Part shown: in pieces, positions 39,350 through 48,771 of the stretch
Layout: every line of letters starts with the position of its first letter
Numbering within the stretch: the stretch's first letter is position 1
Virus record (IMG/VR): IMGVR_UViG_3300033571_009404
Span: 1-64,000 of that record
DNA: 64,000 bases
Direction: 5' to 3' (one strand)
Translations under genes and position numbers: made by a program
The notes under the pieces: model-generated
What the model was told of the DNA's origin: nothing
Seen by the model: only the letters and a program-made list of their open reading frames with translations
Database searches by the model: none

Positions 39350-39922
39350 ATGGCGAACTTCACCAAGGTGAGGGAGGGTGTCTACATCGTCCGTACACAG
39401 GCTGGCTTCAGACGAGCCTTTAAGGACTGGGATGGTGGTAGCTCAGATAACCTGAGTGAATCATTACGTCGTATGTCCGGATATCCAAAGTCGTACCCGT
39501 CCTTGGTGATGTTTTCCTATGGCGGGCGTGACTGGGATCCATACCCGGTATGTACAGACGTGCACGTCAACGTGTTGCAAGGAGCGATTGTTGAATCTGA
39601 GCAACAACAGCGTATTAAGTTAGGATTACCTGTGGAAAAGACCAAAGAAGAATTAGCAGCTGAAGTACATCAGTTGCGCAAAGAGAATCAACTGATGCAT
39701 TATCGCATGGCTGCGCTGGAACTCAAAGCCAAGCAGTACAAGATGCATTATGAGTCCGCTAACAAGGCTCGTCTGAAAGCAGATGATTTCCGGGCAGAGA
39801 CATGGTCTGGATTGAATGCGTCCGTGGACAAAGCCTATAGCGAAATCAAGAATGATCCGAGTATGCTGAGCGCGACCTTTGTTGAACTGAAAGAACGTAT
39901 CGTTTCGTTGTTTAGCAAGTGA
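39350..39922 (+). CDS. Hypothetical protein with coiled coil
   Basis: AAGGAG SD. Confidence 0.75.
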   Translation: MANFTKVREGVYIVRTQAGFRRAFKDWDGGSSDNLSESLRRMSGYPKSYPSLVMFSYGGRDWDPYPVCTDVHVNVLQGAIVESEQQQRIKLGLPVEKTKEELAAEVHQLRKENQLMHYRMAALELKAKQYKMHYESANKARLKADDFRAETWSGLNASVDKAYSEIKNDPSMLSATFVELKERIVSLFSK

Positions 39923-39927
39923 TTATT

Positions 39928-39959
39928 GGGAGAGGGCTTAGGCTCTCTCCCTTTATGCC
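39928..39959 (+). terminator. Hairpin followed by TTTATGCC tag
   Basis: GGGAGAGGGC-TTAG-GCTCTCTCCC-TTTATGCC. Confidence 0.75.
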
Positions 39960-40006
39960 TTCTTATTTTTACTGTACTGTTCTATTGGATGTAGCTATTA
40001 ACTAAC

Positions 40007-41023
40007 ATGGAAATGAACATGAACAAAGTCGCCCTGAAAGAACTCCTGCTGGAAAAGATCGAAGATGAAGAATACGTAGCTTCGATCTGGAGAGGTATCC
40101 CTAACAATGTCGCCGATACCCAGCAGCTGGGGATGGCTTTGGTTACTGCAATCAACGACACCCGTAAACTCACGGGTAAGAAAGAGATGATCGAACTGAC
40201 AGAACTGGACTTTGAGTTCCAGTACCTGCTGGCAGTTCATAAGCTGGGTAGCCACAGCGTCATCCTGAACGCACATCACCAATCTGAAAAGGTGGAGGGT
40301 TCCATTGAAGTTTCTTTCATGAAAAATGGTCATGTCATCCGTGTGTCTGAAACGCCGGAAGAGATCCGTGCCAGTATGGCTGAGATCGCTGTCGATCCGA
40401 ATGCATCGGCAGACGAACGTTTAGCCGCTCAAGCTGTTGAACTGGGGAAAGATCAGGTTGAGAACCTGTCTCAAGCACTGGCCGCTACCCAAGCCAAACT
40501 GAACGATCTGCAGATGCTCCATGATGACGTCATGAACCGTCTGACTGGTCGTGATCTGACGATTGTGGTGCATGGTGGTTCTGATGAGCATAACAGCATC
40601 ATCACCAACTACATCGTCAAAAACATCGTCGACCAGATGTTCATCGAAGAAGATGGCGTTCGCCGTCTGAAGCCTGAAATCTTTGATACCGAAGATGTTA
40701 CCACTGGTGAAGACCTTCGCTACGTGATCGGCGAACTGATTCTGGTACACCCGCACTTGAAGACTATTCAGCTGCGTGAACTGTACACTGCAGTGGTTCA
40801 GGCTATCAGTAACATGAACGTTTTGCAGAGCGCTGCAAGTGATCTGGGTATCCGTCTGATGGATGAGAGCGGTGCACCGTCTGGTGAACCACAAGCCGAA
40901 CGTCTGGGCAGGCTTTGCGCCGACGTCATGAGCGTGACTGCTTTCGTACTGGCTGAAGGTTTGGAAGTAGCACTGATCGACAATCGCGACATTAACCGTG
41001 AAGAGGTGAATGATGCCAACTGA
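40007..41023 (+). CDS. Hypothetical protein
   Basis: Long ORF with codon bias. Confidence 0.8.
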   Translation: MEMNMNKVALKELLLEKIEDEEYVASIWRGIPNNVADTQQLGMALVTAINDTRKLTGKKEMIELTELDFEFQYLLAVHKLGSHSVILNAHHQSEKVEGSIEVSFMKNGHVIRVSETPEEIRASMAEIAVDPNASADERLAAQAVELGKDQVENLSQALAATQAKLNDLQMLHDDVMNRLTGRDLTIVVHGGSDEHNSIITNYIVKNIVDQMFIEEDGVRRLKPEIFDTEDVTTGEDLRYVIGELILVHPHLKTIQLRELYTAVVQAISNMNVLQSAASDLGIRLMDESGAPSGEPQAERLGRLCADVMSVTAFVLAEGLEVALIDNRDINREEVNDAN

Positions 41024-41363
41024 AGGTGAGCACGTAGATAAACCGGTGGATGATAGATATTATCAGGCCAGACCGACGTTCTATTCCGGCATTGTCAATG
41101 AACGGACATCGGACGCCATGACCAGTCTGAAGTGTAATCTCATTGTCGCATTGATAAATGCTGGTGTTGTCGATGCGCGTGTTGGTATGGAACCCTGTGA
41201 ACTGAGCATCATTTTGAATGATACTCGTGTACGGGTTGAGATGAACAACTGGGGAATGAAGTCGACCTTTGAGATCGATATCAGTGAGCAGACCAAAGTG
41301 GCAGCGGCAAGAAGCGGCTCTATGGTCGATTCCCTCTCAATAGCTGCGATGAAATGTACCTAA
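41010..41363 (+). CDS. Hypothetical protein
   Basis: GAGGTG SD. Confidence 0.65.
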   Translation: MMPTEGEHVDKPVDDRYYQARPTFYSGIVNERTSDAMTSLKCNLIVALINAGVVDARVGMEPCELSIILNDTRVRVEMNNWGMKSTFEIDISEQTKVAAARSGSMVDSLSIAAMKCT

Positions 41364-41626
41364 CCCCTCTTGGTTGGGCAATTGTGTCAGGGGTGATCAT
41401 TCTGTTGATCACCCTGCTCTTGCTCATTGGCTATGGAATACATCGTTTCTTCCAGACCTTAAAAGAAATCTCCGAACACTTAGGTGAAGTCAGAGATGAA
41501 CTGGATCGGGCTGGAGATAAACTAGACAACTCTTTTAAATCTATCAAAGACGGTCTGGATGACTGTCAGTTGTCATTAAAAGAGATCGATACCACCTTAG
41601 ATGCTGAATATCGATTAAAAAGGTAA
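41354..41626 (+). CDS. Single-TM protein with coiled-coil tail
   Basis: WAIVSGVIILLITLLLLIGYGI then heptad repeats. Confidence 0.75.
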   Translation: MYLTPLGWAIVSGVIILLITLLLLIGYGIHRFFQTLKEISEHLGEVRDELDRAGDKLDNSFKSIKDGLDDCQLSLKEIDTTLDAEYRLKR

Positions 41627-41629
41627 ATC

Positions 41630-42241
41630 ATGCTGATCAAAAAGAATGACGACGGTTCATTTCAAGTACTGCTGGCTTATGAAGGTCAGACTATCGGTAA
41701 TCTCAAAGCAGTGGTGTCTGCTAAGGTCTTGGATGAAACTTATCTCGACTTCAAGACGGGTAAACGCCACTTCCAATCGGAACTGGATCATCCTCGCTAT
41801 AAGTTTGATCCGATGAAACAAGCGCAAGCAATCATCGATGATAACTTAGGTGATCCTCAGATGGAAGCGATGGAGCGCGCTATGACGATCAAGCTTGAGA
41901 ACGTCTGCGGTTACATCACTGACATGTTACTGCTTCGTCCTGAGTCTATCGGGATCGACATTCTGATTGGTACGTGGAAGTTCAACGGACCGATGAAAGA
42001 AGTAGCAGAGAAGTGCTATAAGGAAACAGGTGATGTGAAACTGTCTCTGCGTGCATTCTCCAATGGTACCGGTACCTGCAACGGTATTAATGTCGTCAAG
42101 GTCATCACCTGGGACTTCGTTGACCCCAACGAAAAGTACAAGCAGGATCTGTACGAGACGCTTGGCCAAGAGAAGGCAGATAGCCTGATTCGTTATCTGA
42201 ACAACGAACCCCTTACTCAACCGGATAATCATGCTGATTGA
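41630..42241 (+). CDS. S80/prohead-protease-like protein, probably degenerate
   Basis: SELDHP, IKLENVCGYI, NGP, LSLRA, VITWDFVDP. Confidence 0.65.
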   Translation: MLIKKNDDGSFQVLLAYEGQTIGNLKAVVSAKVLDETYLDFKTGKRHFQSELDHPRYKFDPMKQAQAIIDDNLGDPQMEAMERAMTIKLENVCGYITDMLLLRPESIGIDILIGTWKFNGPMKEVAEKCYKETGDVKLSLRAFSNGTGTCNGINVVKVITWDFVDPNEKYKQDLYETLGQEKADSLIRYLNNEPLTQPDNHAD

Positions 42242-42845
42242 AAAATACGACGATGGTTCATGTTTGGTTCTGCTGGCGTTTACCGAACAGATCATGAACA
42301 ACAATGCGATCCTGACGTATACGGCGATCGATAAACTGATGCAGCGTTATAATAACGAAGAATGTCGTCGCAGTCCGTTTTATACGGAATACGGTCATCC
42401 GCATCTGGATCGTCGGGATTACTATACAGATGAACTGGATGGTGAAGGTAAGGTATTGAACGACCGCCTATTCCAGTTCAACATGGATCGTGTTTGCGGG
42501 ATGATCGATGATCTGCATGTGGAGAAGCGCCCTAACCTGCGGCACATCTTGACCGGTGTTTGGTCACCCTATGGACCATATGCTTCTGAAGCAGCGAAGC
42601 TGATCCATGAAACAGGTCAAATCAAATTGGGTCCACGGTCACTGTGTGATTTGGTTTCCAATGGTAAAGGCGGTATGACTGGTACAGTAGCCAAACTCAT
42701 TGGTTGGGACTTCATGAACCCGTATGACCAATCCATCACTTCCATGGCTAAACTGGATACACACATCTGTCATCCTGTTCGCTACTGGATAGATGACAGT
42801 GCTCCTCCAGTCCCACTCCCAGAAAAACAACTCGAACTAGGTTGA
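42231..42845 (+). CDS. S80/prohead-protease-like protein, probably inactive
   Basis: YTEYGHP, NMDRVCGMI, PYGPY, LGPRS, LIGWDFMNP. Confidence 0.65.
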   Translation: MLIEKYDDGSCLVLLAFTEQIMNNNAILTYTAIDKLMQRYNNEECRRSPFYTEYGHPHLDRRDYYTDELDGEGKVLNDRLFQFNMDRVCGMIDDLHVEKRPNLRHILTGVWSPYGPYASEAAKLIHETGQIKLGPRSLCDLVSNGKGGMTGTVAKLIGWDFMNPYDQSITSMAKLDTHICHPVRYWIDDSAPPVPLPEKQLELG

Positions 42846-42865
42846 GATACATATCACTACTTTGG
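42845..42865 (+). promoter_or_regulatory. Putative phage early promoter motif
   Basis: AGATACATATCACTACTTTGG. Confidence 0.7.
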
Positions 42866-42884
42866 TAAAACAAAGGAGAAAGTA

Positions 42885-43115
42885 ATGGTCTGGATCTTAA
42901 TCATGTTCTCGATGCCCATGTGGGAGCGCACGGCACCGGCGATGTACAGTGTTGAATTCAATGACGAGGCTGCATGTCAAACGGCGATGGAGAGTCGTAT
43001 TCGCTTCATCCGCCGTGTTGACCGTCGTAGCTACGAGTCTGGTCGCATTGATTTCGAATGTGTCCCGAAGACTACTCCCAAGAACAAACAACAATCCCCT
43101 GCTAACCGAGGTTAA
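42885..43115 (+). CDS. Small protein with hydrophobic N-terminus and a Cys pair
   Basis: AAGGAG SD; EFNDEAAC...ECVPK. Confidence 0.7.
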   Translation: MVWILIMFSMPMWERTAPAMYSVEFNDEAACQTAMESRIRFIRRVDRRSYESGRIDFECVPKTTPKNKQQSPANRG

Positions 43116-43117
43116 GT

Positions 43118-43729
43118 ATGCAGAAATTCCGTACCTTCCAGATGGTCACAACGAACCAAGCGTTGTCCTCTGTGAAGAACAACAACATCAAGCTACCAGC
43201 AGGTAGCGAGGTCATTGTCCGTAGGTTCGTCACTGGTGGGGTGTTTAACCATTACGAAGTCTTTGAAATTGAAGACTACGATCAAGAACGTCCCTTCCAA
43301 GCACAGACACACCAACTGGTTGAAAGTTACGTCAAAGGTAATTCAGCCATGCGTGTGTATCTGGCTGGACCGATGGCTGGTTACCCTGAGAATAACTACC
43401 CCGCATTCCATCGAGGAGCGGCGTGGCTGCGTTCTAAAGGCTACGAGGTAGTTTCTCCCGCCGAGATTAACTTCGACGCTCCTAAGCGCTATAAAGAGCT
43501 TGAGAGTAAATTCACAGGCGATGAACTGAGTCTTGAAAAACAAAGCATTGTCAATGAATGCCTGAAGAAAGACTTTGTTGAACTGTTGAGTTGTGAACTC
43601 ATTGTCAAGATGAAGGGTTGGCAAGAATCGACGGGTGTCAACAAAGAAATTGATCTGGGTAACTTTGTCGCTATTGGCAGCGTTGAGCTGAGTGAAATCA
43701 TGATGATCACCGACGGGGTGGTGACGTGA
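43118..43729 (+). CDS. DUF4406 (nucleoside deoxyribosyltransferase-like) domain protein with N-terminal extension
   Basis: RVYLAGPMAG...NYPAF...VSPAE...C...GWQESTG...E. Confidence 0.85.
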   Translation: MQKFRTFQMVTTNQALSSVKNNNIKLPAGSEVIVRRFVTGGVFNHYEVFEIEDYDQERPFQAQTHQLVESYVKGNSAMRVYLAGPMAGYPENNYPAFHRGAAWLRSKGYEVVSPAEINFDAPKRYKELESKFTGDELSLEKQSIVNECLKKDFVELLSCELIVKMKGWQESTGVNKEIDLGNFVAIGSVELSEIMMITDGVVT

Positions 43730-44172
43730 GCGTCTATGAAGTGGGTTGTGTATTAGGCCCACGACCAGAGGAGAAAGAAATGGCTTGTATGGATGGAAGT
43801 GATGACACACTAACGGCAGAGGAAGTCCAGGATCGTCGCCGGGAGCAACATCTTCTGGATGAAGCTGAGAAAGAACGCAATAGTCGTCGTACCACGCACA
43901 ACGACATTATCGAGAAAGCACTCTCGATTAAGCGTAACCTCAGCTACAATAACACGCCGACCGAAGCCGCTGCAAAACACATCATCAATGAACTCTGTCA
44001 TCGCTTTGGCGACACCATTGTCAAGGTGAAGCATGAAAGTAATGGCGGTGGTGGTCCCAAGGTGTGGTTCATTATCAGTCTCTTTGGCCGTCGTCGTGAG
44101 ATGACCTGGTTTGAAGTCCGGATGTGGAAGTGGTTTGGTTGGCCACCCAAAGGCGCTATCTTAGATGAGTGA
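43726..44172 (+). CDS. Hypothetical protein
   Basis: GTGA overlap; start uncertain. Confidence 0.6.
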   Translation: MSVYEVGCVLGPRPEEKEMACMDGSDDTLTAEEVQDRRREQHLLDEAEKERNSRRTTHNDIIEKALSIKRNLSYNNTPTEAAAKHIINELCHRFGDTIVKVKHESNGGGGPKVWFIISLFGRRREMTWFEVRMWKWFGWPPKGAILDE

Positions 44173-44371
44173 GGACAACATGGCTGTATGCATGACGTGT
44201 GGTAAAGGTTTCAAAGAAGGCGTGAGTCTGTTCCGCGTCAATGAGAAGGGTCAATCTGGTATCTGGGCATGTGAATCTCACTTCCCGAAAGAGAAGAAGA
44301 TCGACCCCACGGTGTACGAAACCGTTTCTGCAATCGAGAAGGGTCAAACTCCACCGGGTTCGATCCAGTAA
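44165..44371 (+). CDS. Small putative zinc-finger protein
   Basis: CxxC...CxxH. Confidence 0.7.
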   Translation: MSEDNMAVCMTCGKGFKEGVSLFRVNEKGQSGIWACESHFPKEKKIDPTVYETVSAIEKGQTPPGSIQ

Positions 44372-44452
44372 GACCAAGCTCAATCTGTATGTGATTAACC
44401 AACCTCAGGAGGCGCTATGCGGGATCTATCTAAATAACCGCAAGGAGCTATC

Positions 44453-44635
44453 ATGAGCAGGACGAAGAAGGGTGGTAAATCATTCGGACACGAGTTTTGG
44501 GCAGGGCGTGGTGGTGGTATCGTTGACGGCTGGTCCGCTGGCGGTCACACCTCCAAGAAGTACAAAACCCTGACGCACAAGCGTGAACGTAGATTGCAGA
44601 CCATCGACCTGCGCAAGCAATTGAAGGACGTGTAA
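44453..44635 (+). CDS. Small basic protein
   Basis: AAGGAG SD; MSRTKKG...EFW..R...THKRERR. Confidence 0.75.
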   Translation: MSRTKKGGKSFGHEFWAGRGGGIVDGWSAGGHTSKKYKTLTHKRERRLQTIDLRKQLKDV

Positions 44636-44640
44636 GAACT

Positions 44641-44677
44641 ATAAATAGGGAGAGGGCAACTTCTCCCTATTTATGCC
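44641..44677 (+). terminator. GNRA hairpin ending in TTATGCC tag
   Basis: ATAAATAGGGAGAGG-GCAA-CTTCTCCCTATTTAT then GCC. Confidence 0.75.
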
Positions 44678-44695
44678 CATCGTAAAGGAAATGTA

Positions 44696-44977
44696 ATGCC
44701 TGAACAAGAAATCAAACCTACTGTTAAGATGCGTCTGAAAGTTGGTGCATCTGTCTTTCAAGACTTCGGGTTCTATCGCTGGCCTGAACTGCGTCGTGGT
44801 GCCGCGCCGGTGGACACCCTGTTTAACGTAGAGTTCATGGATGATGGTAAGCGTGCTCGCTTGTCTGCACCAGGGTACGGGGATGACAGTAGTCCCAATG
44901 CCTATGGTTCCGGTGCCATTCATGTGTTCGTCAGCAATCTTCAATTCGTCAAAGAAGACGTGAAAGAAGCTGCATGA
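44696..44977 (+). CDS. Hypothetical protein
   Basis: AAGGA SD. Confidence 0.75.
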   Translation: MPEQEIKPTVKMRLKVGASVFQDFGFYRWPELRRGAAPVDTLFNVEFMDDGKRARLSAPGYGDDSSPNAYGSGAIHVFVSNLQFVKEDVKEAA

Positions 44978-45126
44978 TCACCGTTACCACATACTCTCAG
45001 ATGCTATCTCTGACCATCGATGGTGAACGGTCACTGACTGGTTTAGAACTCGCCATCACAATCGCCGTCGTTGTAGTTGGTGTATTGGCGATTGCATTGA
45101 TGTATCGAGCAATGAAGAAAGGTTGA
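44974..45126 (+). CDS. Small single-TM protein (50 aa, not in ORF track)
   Basis: ATGA overlap; LAITIAVVVVGVLAIALMYRAMKKG. Confidence 0.6.
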   Translation: MITVTTYSQMLSLTIDGERSLTGLELAITIAVVVVGVLAIALMYRAMKKG

Positions 45127-45127
45127 C

Positions 45128-45559
45128 ATGCTGAAAGTTCAAATCATCTATCCGGCTTATAATCAGAGTTTAGATCAGCCGGGTATGTGGGAGTTGTTAA
45201 GGCATATGTGGAGTGAAACACCTGGTGGTTTGATGGTCAGGGGCGCATACATCACTAACATTCCTAACGATCCTTCCACAGGAGTTGATCCCATCTACTT
45301 CTTTGGACGTCGTCCAGATTCACCAGAGGTCTGGCATGGCGATGTTGCACATGCTCAACTGTTTAGCAACATCCAAGACCTGATCAGTGAACTAGAGAAG
45401 ATGCGTCAAGAGTCTTCTCGTGGGAACGATGATGGTCAGTACTTTAACCATGAGCATCGTAGTCAGTTGGGTTACAGGGTATCGGTTTATCCGGTTTACT
45501 GGAATCCGCTTTATACGCCCCATTTTGAAATGGTAAGGGATAAACAACACTATGGCTAA
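45128..45559 (+). CDS. Hypothetical protein (family with 47021, 48772)
   Basis: YFFG...P..W......LF...VSVYPVY. Confidence 0.75.
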   Translation: MLKVQIIYPAYNQSLDQPGMWELLRHMWSETPGGLMVRGAYITNIPNDPSTGVDPIYFFGRRPDSPEVWHGDVAHAQLFSNIQDLISELEKMRQESSRGNDDGQYFNHEHRSQLGYRVSVYPVYWNPLYTPHFEMVRDKQHYG

Positions 45560-45950
45560 GACGCTCCTTGAATTGGTCAAAGGCACGATTGAACGCGGCA
45601 TCGCGTGCCCTTATGATGATGAACCCGTTGCACCGCATGACCTTGGTCGTATTGCAGCAGTGTCAGTCATTGCTGATCTGACCGATCGTCGAGGCATCAA
45701 GAATGGTTTCAATGACATTGATGACGATGTCCGTAAATCTATCGTTGATGATCTGACCAACATCATCAACGCCGTTCACTCTCCTGAATTCAAGTTCGAA
45801 GACTTTACTGGATTTCGTGATCAACTGATCGAATCGGAGAAGAGATTTGAAGCATTGACCGAAGAGGAGTTGAAAGAACTTGCAGAATATGTCGAGCGAC
45901 GTGATCGAGAGTTCTACGCTTCATTAAACAGAGTTAACCAAATATTTTAG
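45552..45950 (+). CDS. Hypothetical protein
   Basis: AAGGGA SD; ADLTDRRGIK module. Confidence 0.75.
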   Translation: MAKTLLELVKGTIERGIACPYDDEPVAPHDLGRIAAVSVIADLTDRRGIKNGFNDIDDDVRKSIVDDLTNIINAVHSPEFKFEDFTGFRDQLIESEKRFEALTEEELKELAEYVERRDREFYASLNRVNQIF

Positions 45951-45956
45951 GACGAC

Positions 45957-47021
45957 GTGATGAATGTTGACAAAAGACAATATATCGATCACGACACATT
46001 AGATATTGAAGAACGTGTCATTGTCGCAGTTAATTATCTCCCCAAGGATATTGATCCCCGGTTTGAAGGTCTGGGGATTGAAAACTATTCAAGCAAGTAC
46101 AACGAGTATTTTTGCTGGGGTAGGCACTATCAAACTAAGGTTGATAAGGAACTTCAGGAATTAGGCATTCCGGGTAATAAATACGGTTTCGTCCCCAAGA
46201 AGATACCGCGAATCATCCAATGCTTGGAGTATTACGGTGTGCCGCGTTTTAAAGAAGAATTAACGAACGATGACGTAGATGCATTGATGAAACACATAGC
46301 GTATCAGTGGAACTTCAATGGATTCGAAGAACATATGTGTAGTTCAGCAGAAAGAGCTTTTTCTGATGATCTGGAATCTCGTGACGAATATGTCTATAAT
46401 AAACTGTCGCAGATGGTTTATGAAGATTACATCACGACCATCGAAGCAGGTTATCTTGAGGCTAAAAGTTTGCAACTAGGGATGGAGTATTCCATATTCC
46501 CTTTCTACAAACATCGTAAATGGTTGTTTCCATGGGCTGCTGATTTATTGACCGACTTTCGTTTGAATGGGTTCCCCAGCTGGTATATTGGATCAGTGCT
46601 CAGTTACTACCGTAAACCAATCAGTGAAGACGAGAAATATCATTACCGTCCAGTTTATACTGCATTTTTATTTGGTGATATCGAACGTAAGTACGAAAAG
46701 CTATTAGTAGATATCGCTAAGTACCATGGTATTGATGAATATATTGCCAAAGTCCGCTACATCGATCAAAACGAGACTCTGACATACCACCGTCATCATA
46801 CCAGGCTGAAGTTGGAGAAACTGAGGAAAGAGTCAAGACAGGCAGATGAGGAATTGAAAGACCTCTTGCAAAAATGCACTAATGCCACCGAGGTTTCAGT
46901 TCAAAGTAAACCTAATAACGACGACATCACGATGAAAGAGTTTTTGCTCGATACCGTGATGTTCTGGCGTAGTCTACTCAAATTAGCGAAACGCTATTTC
47001 GCTAAGAATAAGGAGAAATAA
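45957..47021 (+). CDS. Hypothetical protein
   Basis: Long AT-rich ORF. Confidence 0.75.
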   Translation: MMNVDKRQYIDHDTLDIEERVIVAVNYLPKDIDPRFEGLGIENYSSKYNEYFCWGRHYQTKVDKELQELGIPGNKYGFVPKKIPRIIQCLEYYGVPRFKEELTNDDVDALMKHIAYQWNFNGFEEHMCSSAERAFSDDLESRDEYVYNKLSQMVYEDYITTIEAGYLEAKSLQLGMEYSIFPFYKHRKWLFPWAADLLTDFRLNGFPSWYIGSVLSYYRKPISEDEKYHYRPVYTAFLFGDIERKYEKLLVDIAKYHGIDEYIAKVRYIDQNETLTYHRHHTRLKLEKLRKESRQADEELKDLLQKCTNATEVSVQSKPNNDDITMKEFLLDTVMFWRSLLKLAKRYFAKNKEK

Positions 47022-47818
47022 TGCATTTAGGTAAACTGACGTTAAGTGAACTCCAAAAGATCGTCCACGCATTGTTCAACGAGGACAAACCTGAATCACC
47101 GATGAAGATCGTCGGTGCGTACATCGTGGCTGATTTCGTTGATCCGGAACTGGGTCGTCGTTACTATGGTTATCATGACCATCGACCACGTGAGTTGTGG
47201 TTCGAACAGAAGAGTTTGGCTCACCTCTACATCGCTGACGATTGTGCAGTGGATATCGCTCATGCATTGGTCGGTATTCTGAATGAGATGGAAGAGGTCA
47301 TCAATGTCACGGGTGGTGCTGATCCCGATAAGGAATATCAGGTCTTCTCTTACTGGAATATCAACCGTCTGAAGACACTCAAGGGTGTGACTATCAGTCT
47401 TTTGCCAGTGTACGAACTGAAGGAAGAAGGAGAAGACCTACGCGCGATTAAGGTTGTTCCTCGTATCAGGACAATCGGTGAGCTGAGGGATGAGATGTTG
47501 AAAGTCGCGCGCGGAGATACCCCAATTCCATCCAGTGCGTCACATCCATCTGTAGAACCAAACGCATCGATGAATTACCGCACGTTGGCTAAGGTTCATG
47601 CTGAAGCGAGCGCCGTCGACGCACATGCCGTACAAGGCGAAAACGTTACTGCGATTATGGACATATTGAAAGATCCTCATTTGGTTCATGTCAATATGTT
47701 GGCTGGTAAAATAGCCAAGATCGGCATGCGTGAATTAGCACACGTGCATGGTGATGAGATGTCAGCCCGCTGGCGTGCTTTCGAAGAATGGGAAGCTTCC
47801 CAAAAGGAAGGTAAATGA
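47021..47818 (+). CDS. Mosaic hypothetical protein (family with 45128, 48772)
   Basis: AAGGAG SD; RYYG...P..LW...ISLLPVYEL. Confidence 0.75.
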   Translation: MHLGKLTLSELQKIVHALFNEDKPESPMKIVGAYIVADFVDPELGRRYYGYHDHRPRELWFEQKSLAHLYIADDCAVDIAHALVGILNEMEEVINVTGGADPDKEYQVFSYWNINRLKTLKGVTISLLPVYELKEEGEDLRAIKVVPRIRTIGELRDEMLKVARGDTPIPSSASHPSVEPNASMNYRTLAKVHAEASAVDAHAVQGENVTAIMDILKDPHLVHVNMLAGKIAKIGMRELAHVHGDEMSARWRAFEEWEASQKEGK

Positions 47819-48012
47819 CCCCATATCTCATCAATCGTGCTGATGGCGTTAAAGGCCACTTCGTCATCGCTCGTAATACTTCTCGTGGTGGCTTGGAGTT
47901 TTGGAGCAAGAAGAATAAATGCTGGTGTGGCTGCGCTGACTTTAAACCCCTGGGTAAAAAGAAAGCAAAGAAGCTCTTGGCTAAAATCATTAAAAAGGAG
48001 TCCAATGAATAA
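47815..48012 (+). CDS. Small basic protein
   Basis: ATGA overlap. Confidence 0.65.
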   Translation: MTPYLINRADGVKGHFVIARNTSRGGLEFWSKKNKCWCGCADFKPLGKKKAKKLLAKIIKKESNE

Positions 48013-48190
48013 ACGTTGTACCTGTGGTCGCATGCGTTATTGCGATACAGTTGTGACTTGCCCTCGCGCTGGTATTAATCAAATGGGCGATGCACGTAAG
48101 CGTCAGCAGATGGGTGGTTTTATTGTCCCACTGCATAAGCAACCTGATCGTCCACGTAACAAACATCAACAGGAGCAGCCATATGGCTAA
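48005..48190 (+). CDS. Small Cys-rich protein
   Basis: AAGGAG SD; MNKRCTCG...C.....C. Confidence 0.6.
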   Translation: MNKRCTCGRMRYCDTVVTCPRAGINQMGDARKRQQMGGFIVPLHKQPDRPRNKHQQEQPYG

Positions 48191-48365
48191 GGGTAAGTAT
48201 AAGTCACCTCCGAAGTATCCCGAATTGCAAGGGGATGTACTGAAGAACAAAGCAAAAGACTTTATGCTGACCGTGCCACCCACTGCTGTGGGTGGTAACT
48301 TCGATCAAAAGAGAAACATCGCCTACTTTGGTAAAGAGGCTATCGATAAGAAAGAACCCCAATGA
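48183..48365 (+). CDS. Small hypothetical protein
   Basis: AGGAG SD before ATG 48183. Confidence 0.6.
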   Translation: MAKGKYKSPPKYPELQGDVLKNKAKDFMLTVPPTAVGGNFDQKRNIAYFGKEAIDKKEPQ

Positions 48366-48763
48366 TTCCATTCCTGCAAGACCCCGCTCATATCTGGCAC
48401 GTTGCCATTCTCCTGGTGTTTGCGCATTGTTTGGCAGACTATCCCCTGCAAGGTGATTTCATGGCTCAAGCCAAGAATCGTAACCATCCAGTATTCAACG
48501 CCCATGGGGACCCCAAGAAACCCGTTTACTGGAAATGGGTATTGCCGTCCCATGGGTTGATCCATGCCGGGTTCGTATACCTGATCACAGGGATGTGGGT
48601 GCTGTTCTTGGCTGAGTTCGTCATGCACACCGTGATTGACTTCTTCAAGTGCGATGAGAAGATTTCGTATAACACCGATCAAGCCCTGCATCTGTTTTGC
48701 AAGGTTGCATGGCTGATTGTGTTTTATTCAGAAATCACTTTCAAAATCTATCTGGCTAAATAG
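48362..48763 (+). CDS. DUF3307 family membrane protein
   Basis: H..ADYPLQ, H..IH, H..ID..K and DQ.LH motifs; several TM helices. Confidence 0.85.
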   Translation: MIPFLQDPAHIWHVAILLVFAHCLADYPLQGDFMAQAKNRNHPVFNAHGDPKKPVYWKWVLPSHGLIHAGFVYLITGMWVLFLAEFVMHTVIDFFKCDEKISYNTDQALHLFCKVAWLIVFYSEITFKIYLAK

Positions 48764-48771
48764 GAGATATA

